Shown here piece by piece: positions 59,501 through 64,000 of a DNA stretch of 64,000 bases. Position numbers and translations under genes: made by a program. Under the pieces are notes generated by a model. It made no database searches, was not told where the DNA came from, and saw only the letters and a program-made list of their open reading frames with translations. Position 1 is the first letter of the stretch. Each line of letters opens with the position of its first letter. Origin of the DNA: an uncultured Candidatus Saccharibacteria bacterium (GTDB lineage Bacteria > Patescibacteriota > Minisyncoccia > Minisyncoccales > CAYUYO01); contig CAYUYO010000001.1 in assembly GCA_964449385.1 (NCBI GenBank), positions 36,720 through 100,719 on the forward strand. Direction: 5' to 3'.

Positions 59501-60205
59501 ATGAAAGGTTTTATTTTAGCAGCCGGTGAGGGAACAAGATTAAGACCTTTAACCTACGAAATTCCAAAACCGTTATTACCAGTAGGTAAAATTCCAATCC
59601 TTACCTACTTAGTAGAGCTTTATCTAAAAAATGGAATTGACGATATAAAGATTAATGTCCAAAAAAGCCACCTTGAAGATTTTTATAAGTGGAAAGTAAC
59701 TTATTTTCCAAGAGAAAAGATCGAATTAATAGTTGAGCCAAAACCCTCCGGAACTTTCACCCCTATTGTTAAAAAAGTAGATCCAAAATGGTTTTCCGAA
59801 CCAATTGTGATATCAAACGGAGATGAATTAAAAGAATTAAACTTAAAGAAAATGGTTGCTTGGCATAAAAGGAAAAAAGCAACAGTTACTATCGGTCTAA
59901 TAAAAGTTGATGATCCTAGCACATATGGTTCTGTTAGAATGAAAGGTGATAAAATTATAGAATTTCTACAAAAATCTCCTAATCCTCCTTCTAATTTTAT
60001 TAATTCAGGTATTTTTATTTTAAGTCCTGAGGTTAAAAAATATTATCCTTTTAAAAAAGCTAAGTTCTCAATGCTAGAAGAAGACCTTTTTCCTAAACTA
60101 GCCAAGGAAGGCAAACTTTTCGGATATAAATGGAAAGGAAAATGGCAAGATGTGGGAACTTTTGAAAGATGGGAAGAAGCTATTAAAAATTGGAATGAAA
60201 AATAA
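59501..60205 (+). CDS. sugar-1-phosphate nucleotidyltransferase
   Basis: MKGFILAAGEGTRLRPLTYEIPKPLLPV. Confidence 0.8.
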   Translation: MKGFILAAGEGTRLRPLTYEIPKPLLPVGKIPILTYLVELYLKNGIDDIKINVQKSHLEDFYKWKVTYFPREKIELIVEPKPSGTFTPIVKKVDPKWFSEPIVISNGDELKELNLKKMVAWHKRKKATVTIGLIKVDDPSTYGSVRMKGDKIIEFLQKSPNPPSNFINSGIFILSPEVKKYYPFKKAKFSMLEEDLFPKLAKEGKLFGYKWKGKWQDVGTFERWEEAIKNWNEK

Positions 60206-60206
60206 T

Positions 60207-61250
60207 ATGTCCAAAAAAGTTTTAATTACCGGAGGTGCAGGATTTATTGGAACCAATGCTGCTTCTTATTATCTTAAAAAAGGATATAAAATCATTGTTT
60301 ATGATAATCTTTCCCGAGCCGGAGCTAAACAAAATTTAGATTGGTTAAAAAATCAGAAAGGAAATTTTATTTTTATTAAAGGAGATATCAGGAATGACAA
60401 AAAGTTATTAGAAACTTTTAAAAAATATAAACCAGATATAGTTTTACATTTAGCTGCGCAAACCACGATGGTGACTTCAGTAACTAATCCCAGAGAAGAT
60501 TTTGAAATAAATGCCTTTGGTACATTCAATGTTTTAGAAGCGATGCGAAAAGAGAGTCCAAAAGCCAGTTTACTTTATAGTTCTACAAACAAAGTTTATG
60601 GAGAAATGACTGATGTTCCAGTAGTTGAAAAAAAGAAAAGATATTCTTATAAAAATATTAAAGGCATCGATGAAAAATATCCTCTTGATTTTTGTGGACC
60701 TTATGGAAATTCAAAAGGTACTGGCGACCAATATACGATTGACTATGCAAGAATTTATGGTTTAAATACAATTGTTTTTCGGCAATCAGGAATTTATGGT
60801 CCTAATCAGTTTGGAATTGAAGAACAAGGTTGGTTAGCTTGGTTTTGCAACGCTTTATTGTTTAATAAACCGGTTACTATTTTTGGCGACGGCAAACAGG
60901 TTAGAGATGTTTTATATATTGATGACTTAATTTCAGCTTATGATTTGGCTCTCAGAAATATCAAGAAAACTCGCGGTAAGGTTTATAATATCGGCGGTGG
61001 GTTAAAATTTTCTCTTTCCATCTGGGAATTGTTTGAAATTTTAGAAACAGTATCTGGTAAAAAATTTAATTACAAATTCAGTTCTTGGAGACCGGGTGAT
61101 CAAAAGATTTATATTTCCGATATCAGGAAAATTAAAAAAGAACTTGGCTGGCAGCCTAAGATTTCTCCAAAAGAAGGAGTTGAAAAACTATTTAATTGGA
61201 TTTCTCAAAACAAAACTCTTATTAAAAAAGCTGGAGTATTCAAGTGTTAA
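60207..61250 (+). CDS. NAD-dependent sugar epimerase/dehydratase (CDP-paratose-2-epimerase-like extended SDR)
   Basis: MSKKVLITGGAGFIGTN, catalytic YGNSKG. Start at the ATG just after the upstream stop. Confidence 0.8.
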   Translation: MSKKVLITGGAGFIGTNAASYYLKKGYKIIVYDNLSRAGAKQNLDWLKNQKGNFIFIKGDIRNDKKLLETFKKYKPDIVLHLAAQTTMVTSVTNPREDFEINAFGTFNVLEAMRKESPKASLLYSSTNKVYGEMTDVPVVEKKKRYSYKNIKGIDEKYPLDFCGPYGNSKGTGDQYTIDYARIYGLNTIVFRQSGIYGPNQFGIEEQGWLAWFCNALLFNKPVTIFGDGKQVRDVLYIDDLISAYDLALRNIKKTRGKVYNIGGGLKFSLSIWELFEILETVSGKKFNYKFSSWRPGDQKIYISDIRKIKKELGWQPKISPKEGVEKLFNWISQNKTLIKKAGVFKC

Positions 61251-61253
61251 AGA

Positions 61254-61335
61254 GCCGCGGTGATGAAATTGGCAAACATGCTGGCTTCAGGAGTCAGTGC
61301 TAAAAAGCTTGTGGGTTCGAGTCCCACCCGCGGCA
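61254..61335 (+). tRNA. tRNA-Leu (anticodon CAG), class II, no encoded CCA
   Basis: Acceptor GCCGCGG/CCGCGGC, D-arm ATG-AAATTGGCAAA-CAT, anticodon stem CTGGC/GTCAG, loop TTCAGGA, long variable arm, T-arm GTGGG-TTCGAGT-CCCAC. Confidence 0.75.
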
Positions 61336-61337
61336 CT

Positions 61338-63017
61338 ATGAATATACAACAAAAACAAAACCTTAAACTTATTCCTTTAGGCGGACTTGGAGAAGTTGGT
61401 CGAAATATGATACTTCTTGAATGGCAAGAGAAGATTTTAATTTGCGATATGGGACTGCGTTTTCCCGAAGAGGATATGCCTGGAATTGATTGTATTATTC
61501 CAAATATCAGTTATCTTAGAAACAAAGAAAAAAATATTTTAGGAATAATTTTTACTCACGGCCATTATGATCATATTGGTGCTATCCCTTATTTTATTGG
61601 AAAAATTGGCAATCCTAAAATGTTTGCCTCTGCTTTAACTAAGGGAATTATTTTAAAAAGGCAGGAAGAATTTCCAAATCAGCCAAAACTTAATATTGAA
61701 ACAGTCAAATCAGGAGATAGAATCCAATTAGGCCCTTTTAAGATTGAATTTTTCAGGCAAAATCATAATATTCCTGGTAATTTAGGATTCTTTATTGAAA
61801 CTCCTGTCGGTAATATTATAGACACTTCCGATTTCAAATTTGACCCAAATCCGGTTAACGACTTGCCTACTGATTTTGAAAAATTAAAAACTCTTTCCAA
61901 AAGAAAAGTTCTTCTTTTAATGTCGGATTCAACCGGAGCCGAAGAGGAAAATCACTCTCTTTCTGAAAAAACCATTGAACAAAATTTGGAGAAAATCTTT
62001 CAAGATTCTCCAGGCAGAATTATTGCCGCTACTTTTGCTTCTCTGATTAACCGAATTCAACAAATGATTACCCTTTCAGAAAAATATAATCGGAAAGTTT
62101 TGATTGAAGGTTATTCAATGAAAAACGACGTTGAAATTGCCAAAAACTTGGGTTACATCAAAATAAAAAAAGGCACTTTGATCAAAAGTAAGGAGCTTGT
62201 AAATTATCCTGATTCAAAATTAACTATTCTTTGTACCGGTGCTCAGGGAGAAGGACGCGCAGTTTTAATGAAGATCATTAATAAAGAACATCGACTTATC
62301 CGTTTTAAAAAAGGAGATAGTATAGTTCTTTCTTCTTCAGTTATTCCAGGAAATGAAAGAACAGTTCAGATTCTTAAAGATGGTATTTTAAGACAAAAAG
62401 CTAAAGTTTTCCATTACAAAATGATGGATATTCATGCCGGAGGCCATGCTCATAAAGAAGAATTGAAAGAAATGATTGAAATTATAAAGCCGAAGTTCTT
62501 TATCCCTATCCACGGCCAATATTCAATGTTAGTTGCTCATAGTGAAATAGCTAAAGAAACAGGTGTTCTTGAAAAAAATATCATTACAGCTGAAAATGGG
62601 CAAATTATCAATTTAAACCAAGACAGGATTTTTATTGACAAAAAAAATGTTCCCTCAAATTATATAATGGTTGACGGTTTGGGAATTGGAGATGTCGGAG
62701 AAATAGTTCTCCGTGACAGACAAATGTTATCCAGGGACGGAATGTTTGTAATCGTAGCTATAATTGACAGACAAACTGGCCAGGTGAAGGGTTCTCCTGA
62801 TATAATATCAAGAGGATTTGTTTATCTGAGAGAATCAAAAGATTTATTAAATCAAACTCGGAAAAGAGTAATTGAAATTGTTAATCAGGCGGCCGGTTCA
62901 GGAGGAGCTGTAAATTGGATCTATGTCAAAGATGAAATTAGAAACAAAATAGGCAAGTTTTTATATGTTAAAACTCAAAGAAGGCCGATGATATTGCCAG
63001 TAGTAATAGAAGTATAA
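61338..63017 (+). CDS. rnj: ribonuclease J (metallo-beta-lactamase / beta-CASP)
   Basis: THGHYDHIGAIPY motif. Start moved to MNIQQKQ because the track ORF's first 26 codons overlap tRNA-Leu. Confidence 0.8.
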   Translation: MNIQQKQNLKLIPLGGLGEVGRNMILLEWQEKILICDMGLRFPEEDMPGIDCIIPNISYLRNKEKNILGIIFTHGHYDHIGAIPYFIGKIGNPKMFASALTKGIILKRQEEFPNQPKLNIETVKSGDRIQLGPFKIEFFRQNHNIPGNLGFFIETPVGNIIDTSDFKFDPNPVNDLPTDFEKLKTLSKRKVLLLMSDSTGAEEENHSLSEKTIEQNLEKIFQDSPGRIIAATFASLINRIQQMITLSEKYNRKVLIEGYSMKNDVEIAKNLGYIKIKKGTLIKSKELVNYPDSKLTILCTGAQGEGRAVLMKIINKEHRLIRFKKGDSIVLSSSVIPGNERTVQILKDGILRQKAKVFHYKMMDIHAGGHAHKEELKEMIEIIKPKFFIPIHGQYSMLVAHSEIAKETGVLEKNIITAENGQIINLNQDRIFIDKKNVPSNYIMVDGLGIGDVGEIVLRDRQMLSRDGMFVIVAIIDRQTGQVKGSPDIISRGFVYLRESKDLLNQTRKRVIEIVNQAAGSGGAVNWIYVKDEIRNKIGKFLYVKTQRRPMILPVVIEV

Positions 63018-63022
63018 AATAT

Positions 63023-63997
63023 ATGCGAGTATTTTCTGGTATTCAACCAACAGGCGAATTACATATTGGAAATTATCTGGGAATGCTTAAACAATCTGTT
63101 GAGCTTCAGGAAAAAGCTGAATGTATTTTTTCAATTGTTGATTTACATGCTATTACTATTCCCTATCAGCCAGAAAATTTTCAGAAAAGAATTATTGAAA
63201 CTGCTATTACTTATTTAGCTGTAGGATTCAATCCGGAAAAATCAATTATTTATGTCCAGTCTCGAGTAAAAGCTCACACAGAACTCTGTTGGTTGTTATC
63301 TACAGTATGCCCTATTGGCGATTTAATGCGTATGACCCAGTACAAAGAAAAAGCCAGACAGTTTAAGAAAAATATCAATGCCGGACTTTTGAACTATCCG
63401 ATTTTAATGGCTGCCGACATTTTGCTTTATCAAACAGATTTGGTACCAGTAGGAAAAGACCAGAAACAGCATGTTGAATTAGCCAGAACTATTGCCAGAA
63501 AATTCAATCAAAAATTTGGTAAAACTTTTAAGGAGCCGAAAGTCCAGATACCAAAAATAGGAGCAAAGATTATGGCTTTGAATAATCCTAAAAAGAAAAT
63601 GTCAAAATCTTTAGGACCTCAAAGCTATATTTCTCTTTTTGATGAACCGGAAGTAATTAAGAAAAAAGTGATGGCTGCCGTAACCGACTTGGGTCGGATT
63701 GTTAAATATGCGGACAGCAAGCCGGGAATTTCTAATCTTTTAACTATTTATTCTTTATTCTCTGATAAATCAATCAAAGAAATTGAAAAGAAATTTAATA
63801 AAAAAGGATATGCTGATTTTAAAAAATCTTTAGCCGAGCTTTTAATAAGACATTTAGAGCCTTTTCGCCGAAAAAGAAAAGAACTTCTTTTAAGAGAAGT
63901 TTATATTAAAGAAATTTTACAAAAAGGAGCTGAAAGAGCTGAAATTCTTGCCCAATCAACCTTGGAAGAAACCAAGAAAAAAATGGGCCTGATATAA
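63023..63997 (+). CDS. trpS: tryptophan--tRNA ligase
   Basis: GIQPTGELHIGNYLG (HIGH) and KMSKS. Confidence 0.9.
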   Translation: MRVFSGIQPTGELHIGNYLGMLKQSVELQEKAECIFSIVDLHAITIPYQPENFQKRIIETAITYLAVGFNPEKSIIYVQSRVKAHTELCWLLSTVCPIGDLMRMTQYKEKARQFKKNINAGLLNYPILMAADILLYQTDLVPVGKDQKQHVELARTIARKFNQKFGKTFKEPKVQIPKIGAKIMALNNPKKKMSKSLGPQSYISLFDEPEVIKKKVMAAVTDLGRIVKYADSKPGISNLLTIYSLFSDKSIKEIEKKFNKKGYADFKKSLAELLIRHLEPFRRKRKELLLREVYIKEILQKGAERAEILAQSTLEETKKKMGLI

Positions 63998-64000
63998 TCT

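Overview
AT-rich (~30% GC) bacterial chromosome segment, almost certainly from a small-genome Candidate Phyla Radiation / Patescibacteria-type organism. The supporting observations are a compact, contiguous ribosomal-protein super-operon with no rpmD (L30), short proteins, and many small Cys-rich zinc-ribbon proteins. Nearly all genes in the first 56 kb are on the minus strand. Layout: (1) 1-24.3 kb holds the str/S10/spc/alpha ribosomal super-operon (rpsL-rpsG-fusA-tuf-rpsJ-rplC...rplO-secY-adk-map...infA-rpmJ-rpsM-rpsK-rpsD-rpoA). It carries an unusual insertion of tpiA, a YkuK/DUF458-like gene, mnmA, a short alaS and a 418-aa membrane-anchored hypothetical between map and infA. (2) 24.3-24.7 kb holds rpmB and tRNA-Pro. 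(3) 24.9-36 kb is a redox / Fe-S gene region: an adenylate-kinase paralog, two MinD-like ATPases with ferredoxin domains, family-4 UDG, SufC/SufBD, a ferredoxin -> thioredoxin-FTR fusion -> CcdA/DsbD-thioredoxin operon, and a NifX-like / DUF5320 / CDF-transporter cluster. (4) 36-43.9 kb holds cell-envelope glycosylation genes (GtrA-like, GalT-like, GT2, ArnT/PMT-like), a cold-shock protein, an SPFH protein and secreted hypotheticals. (5) 44.0-46.4 kb is a compositionally foreign (up to ~50% GC) mini-island abutting tRNA-Asn and subdivided by degenerate tRNA-3'-end-like repeats. (6) 46.4-51.4 kb holds rpoD, an MscS channel, and a dnaG interrupted by a full-size intein with a LAGLIDADG homing-endonuclease domain. 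(7) 51.4-54.2 kb is a second array of three single-gene cassettes abutting tRNA-Ser, each bounded by a conserved ~40-nt site that also flanks the tRNA 3' end. Its cargo is a GC-rich hypothetical, an HNH nuclease and an unknown gene. (8) 54.2-64 kb holds groES/groEL on the minus strand, then a plus-strand block: a YvlD/holin-like membrane protein, secG, a peptide substrate-binding protein (SBP), a cupin-type PGI, sugar-nucleotide genes, tRNA-Leu, RNase J and trpS. No CRISPR array, rRNA, tmRNA or SRP RNA was recognised. All calls are from reading the ORF translations and the DNA by eye; no searches were run.
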